NCBI GenBank assembly: GCA_030264375.1
Contig: JASCQW010000098.1
Span: 57,613,865-57,677,864 of the forward strand
Length of the DNA stretch: 64,000 nt
Direction of reading: 5' to 3'
Origin: Carcharhinus longimanus
Taxonomy: Eukaryota
Below are positions 22,826 through 34,420 of this stretch, in pieces; position 1 is the stretch's first letter, and every line of letters begins with the position of its first letter. The translations under genes were made by a program, and so were the position numbers. A model generated the notes under the pieces. It made no database searches. It saw only the letters and a program-made list of their open reading frames with translations, and was not told the origin of the DNA.

Positions 22826-24590
22826 CATGCTATTGCCAATTCTCCATAACCTAATAACGTTTCAGCTTCAGTTGGCCAATTAAACTTGAATAGAATGTGC
22901 AATTGTTCGATCAGAGATGCATAACTGGATTGCTCTGCAGAGCCTTTCAATGGCATGGTTGTGACCATTTGATGTTTTAAATTATTAATACAACTGGTAA
23001 GAAACTGCTGCTCGTTGATGTTGACAGTATTACCGTTGCTCCCTAATGAGACTGTTCCAAATTTTCCCTTTGTGACTGCACTTTGGTCTCAAGAGTTCTT
23101 ATGCCAGGTTGCCAGTCCATGCAAAACGCACGTGCTGCAAAGGATCAATGTGTCTGGGTGCATAATCATTGCAGCACATTTCTGCAAACGCTCTGACAGC
23201 ATTCTGCATTCATGTATCGTGTTATACAAGAGAAATTGTTTCGAGGAAATTCTCTTAACTGACTCTCATTGGTTTTCCTGTCATCTTTCATTGGCAGTTC
23301 AAAATGAGTGCACAGCGCTTCAGAGTTAAACCACACAACTGATACTGCTCAAAATGAATTGGTGTTTAGTGCTTAAAATGTGACCTGTTTTGAGTATTAG
23401 TTCCATTGCAGCAGCACATTCTGTGAGTTGCTTCTGATTAAGAGGTAATCTGTTATACACAGAGTATAATTTGTCCATGAGGTAGTGGAAATGATTCACT
23501 CCATGAACCTCTGTCACCACATTGTCCACTGCAACTTTTAATCTATTGTTCCAGCAATGCCAAATAACAATACCAGGGGATTGCTCCATATGTCTGTGAA
23601 CTATGCCTGACTTGGTGCCCAACTTAACAATTGCTCCATCATTAGCAAACACCGGAGTCACCAAAATCATGTTTCACAAAATATTCAAGAAAATACTTAA
23701 CGATTATATCAGCTCTTTGATCTGGAAATTCACTCAGATCTAAAACTATGAGGTGTGGGTCATCTTTCTGATCACTTTCACATTTCAGATAAACTACTAG
23801 AGTGATTCTGTTACTGAAACTTGTAGATAGATTCACCAGTGAGAATCACAATTGTATCCTCAATTACTTAGCGCTAGTAAATTTTCTTTCTAGTTTAATT
23901 ATATGGTTAATAATTTCTGAAACACTATAGCAGGAATGTGACCCAATTTCCACATCAACACCATATGCAATTTGAGGTTCCAGCAAGCCAAGGTGGTCAG
24001 AGTAAGATGTGTTGTTTTGAGCCAAGTGGTATGCAGAGCAGAAAACTACATTCGTTTCCTTTAGATGAGATGTATACACGTTGTTACAATTCTTTCCATG
24101 AGTGTGTTCCTCTATGTTTTCAGTGACATATTGAGCAGTGATACGAACTGTCAATAGCCTATGCCCNNNNNNNNNNNNNNNNNNNNNNNNNNNNNNNNNN
24201 NNNNNNNNNNNNNNNNNNNNNNNNNNNNNNNNNNNNNNNNNNNNNNNNNNNNNNNNNNNNNNNNNNNNNNNNNNNNNNNNNNNNNNNNNNNNNNNNNNNN
24301 NNNNNNNNNNNNNNNNNNNNNNNNNNNNNNNNNNNNNNNNNNNATATGTCTCTATTTTTATCTTTCACAATTCCTCTATCTACACATCTGCACAGAGATG
24401 CCGACCTTCTACTACATCAAACTCAGTTTCAGATTGTACACTGTGTGGTTAGATTTGACGTTGAATCTGAGGCAGCTGCAGCAGTGTAGCTCTCCCCTCT
24501 AACATCAGTGTGACGGTATTTTAGTATTCTTTACTTCTTCACTTTGTCTCTGAAATAAAGGAGGTTATGCTTTATTGTTTTGCGGGCATT
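22826..24590 (-). pseudogene. Degenerate hAT transposase (KIAA1586/ZNF862-like)
   Basis: Frameshifted blocks in order: MPAKQ*SITSF; VFCSAYHLAQNNTSYSDHLGLLE; DESTSFSNRITLVVYLKC; DGAIVKLGTKSGI..WHCWNNRLKVAV (DG and CxxH-type motifs); QQFLTSCINNLKHQM...NWPTE. Confidence 0.8.
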
Positions 24591-25499
24591 CTGTGATTAT
24601 CAGATGGTTTTGAATGTCTTTGTCTTGGTTTTTACCCCCAATTACATGTGTAACAGGCACTTGGGCTTGGAGATTTTAGAAATTGTTCTGTGTCAGTAGT
24701 GTGTACTGAATAGGCCAATGGACTTTTGGCTGTTTTATTTTATAAGTTCTTAAACTCCCACTTTGAGGTATCAAGATCTGAATACTGGAAGGGAAAAGGA
24801 CAAAATGTGTGGACGCTAGACAGGTGATGGCTGGCAGGCAATGCGGCAACATCAGAAATAGGAAGTAGTTGGGACACACTGTTCACCTACGTGGTTTCAA
24901 TCTCACTTTCTGCAATTACGCTGGCTACCCAGACTCAAGCTTCACCTTCCAACCGTACTTCCAGATCTTCGGCTACGTCAAGCAGAACACCATTGCTTGC
25001 AATAAGGATTCACCAATCTCTGGTTACCTCCTTGGATTTTCACAGCTTCTTTCAAACTGACTTTGCTTCTATCTTTGCAGCTCTTTCTTTAACTTTACTT
25101 CTGGAAGTTCTGGGATCTTATTCCTGGACCCCGGTTTATGTCCTGCTCTGTAGGCCACATTGTCTTTAATGGTGCTCAGGTCATCTGCAGTGTTTGAGCC
25201 TTTTAAGCCCTTTCTACAGCACCCTGTGCAGGGCCAATCCCTGGCCCAACAATCAACAAAGGACAAACTGTACGTGGTGAAATTGCCAGCTGGCACATGC
25301 ACAAAAGACTTGAGTGGCCACAGCTTGCCAGGAATTGTAATTCCAGTGGTCATGGCAGTGAGTTCCCAGTATGTTCCTTGAGCTCAAGGGGGGGGCCAGC
25401 TATCCTGGTAGCTTATGTTGTCAGGGAGGAGTGAAGGTTGTTGCTGGTCAGAAGAGGAGATGCTGGAACAGCGCTCAGGCTAGCCCTGGCACTACTGCA

Positions 25500-26150
25500 C
25501 TATGGCTCTGAATCAAAAGAGGGTTCAAGCCCTATGCTGAGATGTGAGTGCATGATGAATTGCTGACCTGTAGGGGATGTTATCTTCTGGATGAAGTTAA
25601 ACTGAGTCCCTGTCGGACCTCAATAGACAACAGATGGCATAACTGGATTGCTCAGCAGAGCCTTTCAATGGCATGGTTGTGACCATTTGATGATTTAAAT
25701 TATTAATACGACTGGTAAGAAACAGCTGCTCGTTGATGTTGACAGTATTACTGTTGCTCCCTAATGAGACTGTTCTAAATTTTCCCTTTGTGACTGCACT
25801 TTGGTCTCAAGAGTTCTTATGCCAGGTTGCCAGTCCATGCAAAACGCACGTGCTGCAAAGGATCAATGTATCTGGGTGCATAATCATTGCAGCACATTTC
25901 TGCAAACGCTCTGACAGCATTCTGCATTCATGTAACGTGTTATATTCAAGTGATTTCTCCAGGTGTCCTAGCCAAATTTATTCTTCACTGTTAATTCAAA
26001 TTATCTCATAGCCGTCTACGGGGCTTTGATTTGCACAAATTGGCTGCTGCATGTCTTACAATAATGACTAGAATTCAAAAGTAATTCATTAACATTGAGG
26101 CATTTTGTGATATCCTGACTTGTGAAAGACATATATAAATGCACATTCTT
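25500..26150 (+). mobile_element. DeuSINE (SacSINE1-like) split by the 308-bp insertion
   Basis: 5' half gctctgaatca..gggttcaagccc..cttctggatgaagttaaactgag; 3' half ggtgtcctagccaa..tgcacaaattggctgctgc..tatataaatgca. An intact homologue lies at 57326-57745. Confidence 0.75.
25637..25944 (+). repeat. 308-bp direct duplicate of 22919-23226 (hAT internal fragment)
   Basis: Colinear with no indels; 8 substitutions by manual count; offset 2718 bp. Confidence 0.95.
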
Positions 26151-26999
26151 TATTTCCTTGCTGGTACAGCAGGGGCAAGGTATGAACTCAAGTATTTTAA
26201 CCGTTTCATATAACATAAAATATAAATGCACAGAGAGCATTTCCTGCCACCAATAATTTTATAGTTGTAACTAAATTGTCTGCTTTGCTTCAGGCCATGT
26301 TCTACACTCCTCTCCAGACAACTGTCTGTACAGCTGATACAGAGCTCCCATTTACTGATCAGATGTTTCCTGTTGAACACATTTTTTCTTCTATTTTCGT
26401 TTTATTTTTCTCTCTACATTTCCTGTATTCACACAGGCATGATTGCACAAAGCAAAAAATTTTAAAGATATAATTGGCTCTACTTGACCTCTACCAGTGC
26501 ATGGAGTACTTTAAATTCTAACACATAATTTGTTATTTATTCTCCTCTGCTTCCTTCTTTTCTTCCTTGTTTTACTTTTCTGGTTTCATTTTATTTTCTG
26601 TTTCTGGATTGCTCCGATCGTTTCTACATTCACTGTGTGGCCCTTTTCTGTAGAACTCCCTTCTTTCTATCCCTCATTTGTTTCTTTCTGCTTTCTTCTG
26701 TTTCTCTACTTTCTACTATTTTTAATCCCGCTGTCACCCTGCTAATTTCAGCCACTGCATAATGCTGCACCCAAGGCCTAAATTCTAAGTAATTCCGTCT
26801 TTCTCATTTTCTCCTTGAAGAATCGTGGCTGCTACTTGTATAGTTTCTATGGGCACTCAATAGCCTATAGAGTAGATAATTTTGGCAGCTCCTTAACTAT
26901 ATCTGTGGTAAACTGATAAATCATTTTCTGATTTATAAATTCATATATATAACATATCTGTCTTCTGCCTACTCCATAATGACGTGCATGATATAATCC

Positions 27000-27780
27000 T
27001 CATTATAAACCCCCTTACAGTGAAAACTAGGGTCAAACAAGGCTGTCTGATCACATCAATCGTCTTCATTTTCCTCATTGCAGTATACTACACATCACCT
27101 CCAGCAAATTATCTGCAAGAATAGAGACTACCTACAGTTCGAAGACTGTTCATCACTGGAAGTCATCAGGTCCTCTTCCAGCCAGCTATCACAGCAAAAT
27201 ACCATGGCCATTTTCCAAATCTTGGGAGGCTCCTCACGAAGGCAGACAAAGATGAGGAAATTCATCATTACCTATAATGTGCTCAGCCTTCAGCCACTGA
27301 GAAAAAGAATATTTGATGACCAGGATATCAAACCGAAGAATAAAATGGTGATTTACCAAGCTGCAGTCATCCTCACTTCAAGATGCTTCAAGATTTGGGT
27401 GATCTACGACAAGTACCTGAAAACACTGGAGAAGTACAACCAAATCATTGAGAAGAATAATGACCCAACAACTGTGTACTGTCCCAAGCTGACTGGACCA
27501 GCATCGAGGTGATAATCACTCAAAACCAACTCCTCAGGCTGGGATACTTCAATCGTATATCTGAAACTAGACTCCTAAGCAGCTGCTCTACTTGGAACTC
27601 AGTCATGGCAAGAGACTCCCAGGAGGACAGCGGAAATACTTTAGGGGTGTTTTTAAAGCATCCCTGAAGAGGTCTGCCAATTCATGAGAGCCCTGACTTT
27701 GACTGATTAAAATAGAGAAGGCTTATTGGAAAGGGCACTGAAAATATTGCGAGGCTTCATTAAGAACATGCAGACGTGAT
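27000..27780 (+). mobile_element. RTE-clade LINE fragment
   Basis: VKTRVKQGCLI (compare GVKQGC); LRKRIFDDQDIKPKNKMVIYQAAV; RLLSSCS/gactcctaagcagctgctc (RLPKQLL-like). Confidence 0.8.
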
Positions 27781-29252
27781 TTTGCTGAACTGTTGACTTC
27801 TTTTTGTCTCATGCCTTCTCCAGCCTAGAGCACAACCTTCCAGATTTTTAAAAAGAATCTCAAGAATTTCTTGCTTTCAAACAAGAAATTAATGATTTTG
27901 CAACATCATTAAATGGTACCAGACCAAGAAAATAGCCAAAGGTGTATTTCCATTATGTTGATGCAGAAGATGATGCTGATGTTTGTTAACAAACAAGGCT
28001 TACACAGGCACTGGAATCAAGTCCTCATGCACCACTAAACAAATTTGTCCTTAAACACTCAACATTTATCAGTATGGCAGAAAATGGCATTTGAAGTAAC
28101 ATCTATTCACTAAAGAATGAGCTACAGAGTCATGTGCCAAGAACCCCTAATGGGGCATTATTGAATCAATGTTTGCTTTAATGTATGTCTATGTCTGAAA
28201 AGTTTACAAGAATCCCAAGGAATGTGTCGCTCCTTTAATCCTTTTGAAGCTACAACTAAGCAGCAACAAATAAACCAACATTGTGTTTTGTTGGTTTTAT
28301 TACCTGCAGAGTACAAAGAATTGTTTTAATGAGAATCTGATGTCTGCAGCTGGAGAATGGTCTGTGGAATTTGTTGTGGACTGATGAATTCACATCACCT
28401 GGCAGCAAATCTTTTGTGTAATATCCCCCAGCACGTGGTACAATGTAGAATGAGAAACATAGCAATAAAGCTTTGCCATGGAGGTGCGTTTGCAATTGCT
28501 GAGTTGGGGAATTCAGAAAGGTTTGTGTCAAGACAGTTCCCTGGCACTGTCCCTCCTCCTAGTGGATTTTCTAGACCAGGCTGAAAAAGAAATCACCAAA
28601 TCGCCTTGGAGGTGGGCAGCCATATAGCCCAATTAAGACCCTATGTAGGGTCCAGAAGATAGTTGGTGGGTGCTGAAAATGAAGTTGATTTGGCCCTGGC
28701 TCTCAAATAGAGTTGTTTGCCCAACAGTAGGCAAAAGTGCTCTCAGAACCTCCTCCAAACACTTCAATGAAGGGGCTGTAAGGATGAAATGGTAACAGCT
28801 GTAGCCACAATCAATCTTATCCCATTTGATGTCCCTAACAGTTCAGTGCTGTGAGTCCTCTTGGCTGCTGCACCACGCTCCTGCCCATCATCTTGAAGTG
28901 GACAGCACAGTGGACTTCTAAGTGGCTGCCTCCTGTAAAGTGGCACCGAGGATATTGGAAACAGAAATGGTCCCAATTCAGCCTATAATCTCTAGAATAA
29001 TAATGGAAACAATCTCTTTGATCTGAATTTGGTGAAGAAATATAGCTCTCTTAACTGTTAGGTGATGCGTCCCTTTATCTTTCTGATGGTTATTGGTTAA
29101 AAGCGTACATTGAACAACTTGACTTTTTTTTGTAATTCTTTTTTCATGAAGGACAGTTTGAATATTAGCTGACTTTCTGTGTTATCTATAGTGAAATAGA
29201 ATGTAAACTCTTGGACTGAATGCTTCCCCAAACCACATCCATCTTAGTAACC

Positions 29253-29502
29253 CATAGAATCCCTACAGTACAGAAGGCGGCCATTTGGCCCATTGAGCCT
29301 GCATTGACCATAATCCCCCTGACACTAAGGTGCAATTTAGCATGGGCAACATCTTTTGGAGTGTGGGAGGAAACTGGAGCACCCGGAGGAAACCCACACA
29401 GACATGGGGATAATGTGCAAACGCCACACTGACAGTGACCTGAGGCCAGAATTGAACCCTGGCACTGTGAGGCAGCAGTACTAACCACCGTGCTGCCCCA
29501 CC
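29253..29502 (-). mobile_element. HE1 V-SINE
   Basis: catagaatccctacagtacagaaggcggcc...ctaaccaccgtgctgcccc. Confidence 0.9.
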
Positions 29503-29807
29503 AACGCATTGCCTCCACTCTCATCCCAACACCACACTATCCACAATGCCATTATCAGGTTCAATGCGAAGAGTGTTCAGGTAGTTTCAACTTGATTCCC
29601 AGTCACTGTGAATCTACAAGAACAAAATGTGCATAATTGAATACAAATAAACAAATTCACTTAACGTCACCAGGAAAATGGCTGGAATGAAAACTCCCCT
29701 TGGTGCAAGAGACTGATGATCTCCTATAAGGGCTATAATGTTGACTGAGCTACGTTGTGACAATGTGGCCATGTGCACATCTACTATTTTACCCATGTTT
29801 GTAAAAA

Positions 29808-29878
29808 GTAAAGTTTACTTATTAGTTACAAGTAAGGCTTACATTAACATTGCAGTGAAGTTACTGTGAAATTCCCTC
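29808..29878 (-). mobile_element. Tail-only fragment of the alternative-tail V-SINE
   Basis: aagtttacttattagttacaagtaaggcttacattaacattgcagtgaagttactgtgaaattccc. Confidence 0.8.
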
Positions 29879-29994
29879 TGATGGAGCAGAATCAATATTC
29901 TAATTTTGCAATGAGTGCAGAACAGACAGACTGTGCAGGAGGTCTCTAAGCTAGAAATTTGTGTTTTCAGTTTTAGTATAATTTTAAGATTCTG

Positions 29995-30365
29995 TATTTT
30001 TGCAAATCTGTTCATGGCCTTAACCCTCTCTATCTCTATAACCTCCTCTAGCCCCACAAGCCTTTCAGATCTCTGCATATCCACCCCTCACACCCTTTCT
30101 AGCATCCTGATTTCCTGATTTGAATTGCACCACCATTAAGAACCATGCTTTCAGCTGCCCAGGCCCCAAGCTCTATTTTCCCCTCAAAATCTCTCTGCCT
30201 TTACCTCCCTTTTTACGATAATTGTTTGGTTGCTTCTTAAATTTGATTACTTTGATCAAGCCTTTGATCATCTGATGTCCCTGTCTGTCAAATCTTTGAT
30301 TGTTGGCAATATTGTTAAATACCTTGGGATGCTTTGCTATGTTAAAGGCACTATAGAAATGCATG
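29995..30365 (+). mobile_element. L2 LINE 3' end
   Basis: ccatgctttcagctgcccaggccccaagct...gttaaaggcactatagaaatgca. Confidence 0.7.
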
Positions 30366-30545
30366 TTGTAGATATTATCCTGACTTATGGCATGGCATTT
30401 CTGTGTCTAGTATGCCCTTTAAAAAATATTTTTGAATTCTAAACACTCATGCATCAAGTAAATAAGCTGTAATTTTTGAATAAAAATAAACTTGTAGAAG
30501 GTTAAAGTATAACTATAACAGCTGTTACAGAAATTGGCTCCATTA

Positions 30546-30990
30546 TAAGAACATAAGAACTGGGCGCAGGAGTAGGCCATCTGGCCCTTCGAGCCTGCTC
30601 CACCATTCAATAAGATCGTGGCTGATCTTTTCATGGATTCAGTTCCACCTACACCCCCACCACCCTGCTCACCATAACCCTTAATTCCTTTACTGTTCAA
30701 AAATTTATCTATCTTTACCTTAAAAACATTCAATGAGGTTGCCTCAACTGCTTCACTGGGCAGGGAATTCCACACATTCACAACCCTTTGCGTGAAAAAG
30801 TTCCTCAACTTAGTCCTAAATCTGCTTCCCCTTATTTTGAGACTGTGCCCCCCAAGTTCTAGTTTCACCTGCCTTTGGAAACAACTTCCCTGCTTTGGTC
30901 TTATCTATTCCCTTCATAATCTTATATGTTCCTATAAGATCTCTCCTCATTCTTCTGAATTCCAATGAGTGTAGCCCCCGTCTACTCAGT
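30546..30990 (-). mobile_element. CR1 3' end
   Basis: GHSLKIRGSRFRTKLRNFFTQRVVNVWNSLP; (taagaaca)n tail. Confidence 0.92.
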
Positions 30991-31321
30991 GGTTGGTAAG
31001 ATAATGGAAAAGCCCTGAGGGAGAGGATTTATGACCATTTGGAAAGATGCAGCTTAATCCGGAATAGTCAGCACGGATTTGTGAAGGGTAAGTCTTGCTT
31101 TACAAATTTGATTGAATTTTTTGAGGAGGTACTAAGTGTGTAGATGAAGGTAGAGCAGATGATGTTGTACACATGGATTTTTGGTAAGGCATTTGATAAG
31201 GTTCCCCATGGTAGGCTCATGAAGAAAGTAACGAGGTATGGGATAGAGGGAAATTTGGCCAATTGGATAAGTAACTGGCTGTCTCATAGAAGACAGAGGG
31301 TGATGGTGGAGGGAAAATTTT
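30986..31321 (+). mobile_element. CR1 RT fragment in opposite orientation
   Basis: SQHGFVKGKSCFTNLIEFFEEV...KAFDKVPHGRL..WISNWLSHRRQRV. Confidence 0.92.
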
Positions 31322-31421
31322 NNNNNNNNNNNNNNNNNNNNNNNNNNNNNNNNNNNNNNNNNNNNNNNNNNNNNNNNNNNNNNNNNNNNNNNNNNNNNNN
31401 NNNNNNNNNNNNNNNNNNNNN

Positions 31422-32170
31422 TTTGCTCCCAGCCTACCTTAGCCAACTCCTCCCTCATCCCTTTGTTTAAGCACAAGACACTGGTATTGGATTTTACCAC
31501 CTTCTCATGCTCCATCTGTATTTTAAATTCAACCATTCTGTGATCGCTTCTTCCAAGAGGATTCCTATCTGCAAGATCATTAATTATTCCAGCCTTATTA
31601 CACAGGACCAGGTCTAGAATAGATTGCTTCCTCGTAGGTTCTAATACATACTGTTCAAGGAAGCTATCGCGGATACATTCTATGAACTCCTCTTCAAGAC
31701 TGCCTTGACCAACCTGGTTTGACCGATTGATATGTAGATTAAAATGCCCCATAATAATTGCTATACCATTTTCAGATGCATCAGTTATTTCTTTGTTTAT
31801 TTCTCAGCCCACCATGGTGTCATTATTTGGTGGCCTATAGATTCCACCTATCAGTGACTTTTTCTCCTTACTATTTCTAATTTCCACCCAAATGGATTCA
31901 ACTTTTTTTTCACATAGAACCTATATCATCTCTCACTACCACCCTGATATCGTCTTTAAATATCAGAGCTACCCCACCTCCCTTACCTTCCTGTTGGTCC
32001 CTCGGAACAGTATGATACACCGGGATATTTAACTCCCAGTCATGACCATCCTGCAACGATGTCTCTGTAATGGCCATCAAATCATAGTCGTTCGCAATGA
32101 TTTGTGCCATCAACTCATTCACCTTGTTTCGAACACTACAAGCATCCAGATAAAGTGCCCTTATGCTAAT
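31422..32170 (-). mobile_element. CR1 APE endonuclease region
   Basis: NELMAQIIANDYDLMAITET..GKGGGVAL; MGHFNL..SILDLVL..LGRSDHRMVEF. Confidence 0.92.
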
Positions 32171-33659
32171 TTTTTTAATCCATATCCATAGTGCCTTTCA
32201 ACTAAAGAAAAAATAACACTGAATCCGTTATGGTGGCTAACTTGAATTCAAAGGCACAAATTTACACAAATTTGGAAACCATTACAATATATAAAGGACA
32301 GTATGTAAAGCCATTATACAAATTAAACATTTTAATTTCAAGACTCAGACCAGGGTTTTTTTTGGTGCCACCCATCCAAAGTCAATGGATCTTTGGCTGG
32401 TCCATCAAAGTTTCTGTCCTGACTGAGATGGTTCCCGCCAAAGGCAGGACTCCACCATGTCTTGGCAATAGGTCACTCAGAAGCATATGCAAAATTAACG
32501 GAATTGAATTGTTTCATCTGCTAGGAATTTGCTGGGGGTTATTTTCGAAGCGACCACATTGTGCAAAGCAGGATCATTGTTCAGCTGATGGACACAATGT
32601 CATGAGTATATATGAAGGCTCAAATCGGCAATTTTCCACTGAAATATATGTTCAGAGAAAAACATTGTCCAGCTGTGTGTTTTAGCAACTTTAAAACAAA
32701 AAAATCTATCTTTTGACAGCCTGGCGCCAAAAATAACTCCAGGCATTAAGGTTTATTCCGAGTTGAGAGAGGGGATACATATGGTGCTGCTGCCTCACGC
32801 AACGAGAGTATTTAAATGGCTAATCCGAGGCTGGAATTGGCGGTATTAGGCAAATGCTAGACTGGATTCAAAACAGGTTGAGCTTCAACAAGATTTAATG
32901 ACCTATCTCTCACATTTATAATAAACTTGTATTGGGTGCTAATTTTTTGTGTTATGTTCGAATTCATTTTCAAAAGGTTGTAAAAGTGAGCAAACCTATC
33001 CCCTCTGTATATCACAGAGGTCAGCTTTTCTTGATTATTCACCTTTCAAATAAAAGTAGAAAATTTTCAGTTTTGTTATACTTAGATTGCTATAAAAATC
33101 CTCAGTATTTCTTACATTTTAATGCAGTGATATATTAATGTTTTCTAAAGAGCTGTTTTGTTTCTCAGTACAAAGAAATGCGTAACCAGCTTACTGATCA
33201 GAGAAAACCCTTCAGACAAAGTGGTGTCTTTTCCATTGTACATTTTTCAATGAAGTTAACTTGTCCATCTTTGACACATGAATGTAGGCCCCTCTGCTCT
33301 CAAAATCCAACCGTTTGACTAAATTTCAGATCAAACTTCCTAATCTCTACATTCTTGCTCAATATTTATTTCTTAGGTCAATTTATAAAGCAACTTTCTC
33401 TATTTCCAGGGCACTTGATAGTGATATTATAGCAGTCGGTTATAGCAACTCTCTGACATCACCATGTGACTTTTGCATCGCTGTTACAATAAATGTACCA
33501 TCCTTTAGCAACAAATAATTCTGCACCACAGACATTACTCAGTTACAGCTGAACCTGTTTTTAGTTAATGGACTGGAACCTAGTAATAATTTTTCATCTT
33601 AATCATTATTAATCACCCCACTGTCAGGCTAGACCATAAGCCAATGGCATGAATAAATC

Positions 33660-33805
33660 TTCCTCTCCCCTTTCAGTAGTCTAACTGGGCCATCCCCTCT
33701 GCCATACTCTGATCCACTCCTCGATCTCTCTTAACACAACCTTCCCCTTTTCCACACAATTTCCTGTGCAAACGGAGGGGGATGCAACACCTACCTATTT
33801 ATCAA
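33660..33805 (+). mobile_element. Penelope-like internal fragment
   Basis: tttcctgtgcaaacggaggggatgcaacacc (FLCKRRGCNT), the Cys motif upstream of GIY-YIG. Confidence 0.5.
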
Positions 33806-34293
33806 CATAAAATTAGGAATAGGCCATTTGGCCCCTCAAGTGCATTCTGCCATTCAATAGGTTCATGACTGATCTGACTGTGTCCTTTCTACCTTACCCT
33901 TTTAACTCCTTTGTCAATCAAGAATCTTCTACTTCGCAACATCCAGGATGCTACACGCTATTTCTATGTGAAAAGGTAATGCTTGTACTTTCAATTTGGT
34001 ACAAAGAATTTGCTGCTAAAACTGTGTTCTGCAGTGCACTACTGAGACCAAATGTTGATTGAGAGACAAATCTGAAAAACACCACCATTCAATCCAAAAG
34101 CGTGAATCTGAACTTCTGCCCTACTCCCACTCTGATTTCATAATCTTTGGCCTCCTGCTCCATTCCAGTGGAGCTCAACAGAAGCTAGAGGAATAGCACC
34201 TCACCTTCCAATTGGATAGTTGACAGTCTTCCAAACTCAACTTTGAGTTCAAATTCAATTTATGACCACTAGTCCCATTTCTCCAAACATCAG

Positions 34294-34420
34294 AGGCTTG
34301 ATTCTCCCATCCTGCCCACCATGGGAATCGTAGCAGCCAGGACATGGACCATGCAAAGGTCTGTTGAGTTCGGATGGGATTTTCCAGTCTTAAGGCGAGC
34401 GCAGATAGAAAATCCCGCCT
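34294..34420. mobile_element. 127-bp Harbinger-type MITE
   Basis: TIRs aggcttgattctc / gaaaatcccgcct; TSD CAG at 34291-93 and 34421-23. Confidence 0.7.

Noticed and set aside
22919-25944. Two 308-bp direct repeats read as LTRs of a retroelement
   Set aside because: No TG..CA ends, PBS or PPT; the first copy is internal hAT coding sequence and the second interrupts a SINE.
26530-26745. Hydrophobic ORF resembling a membrane protein
   Set aside because: Low-complexity pyrimidine-rich DNA with a non-ATG start.
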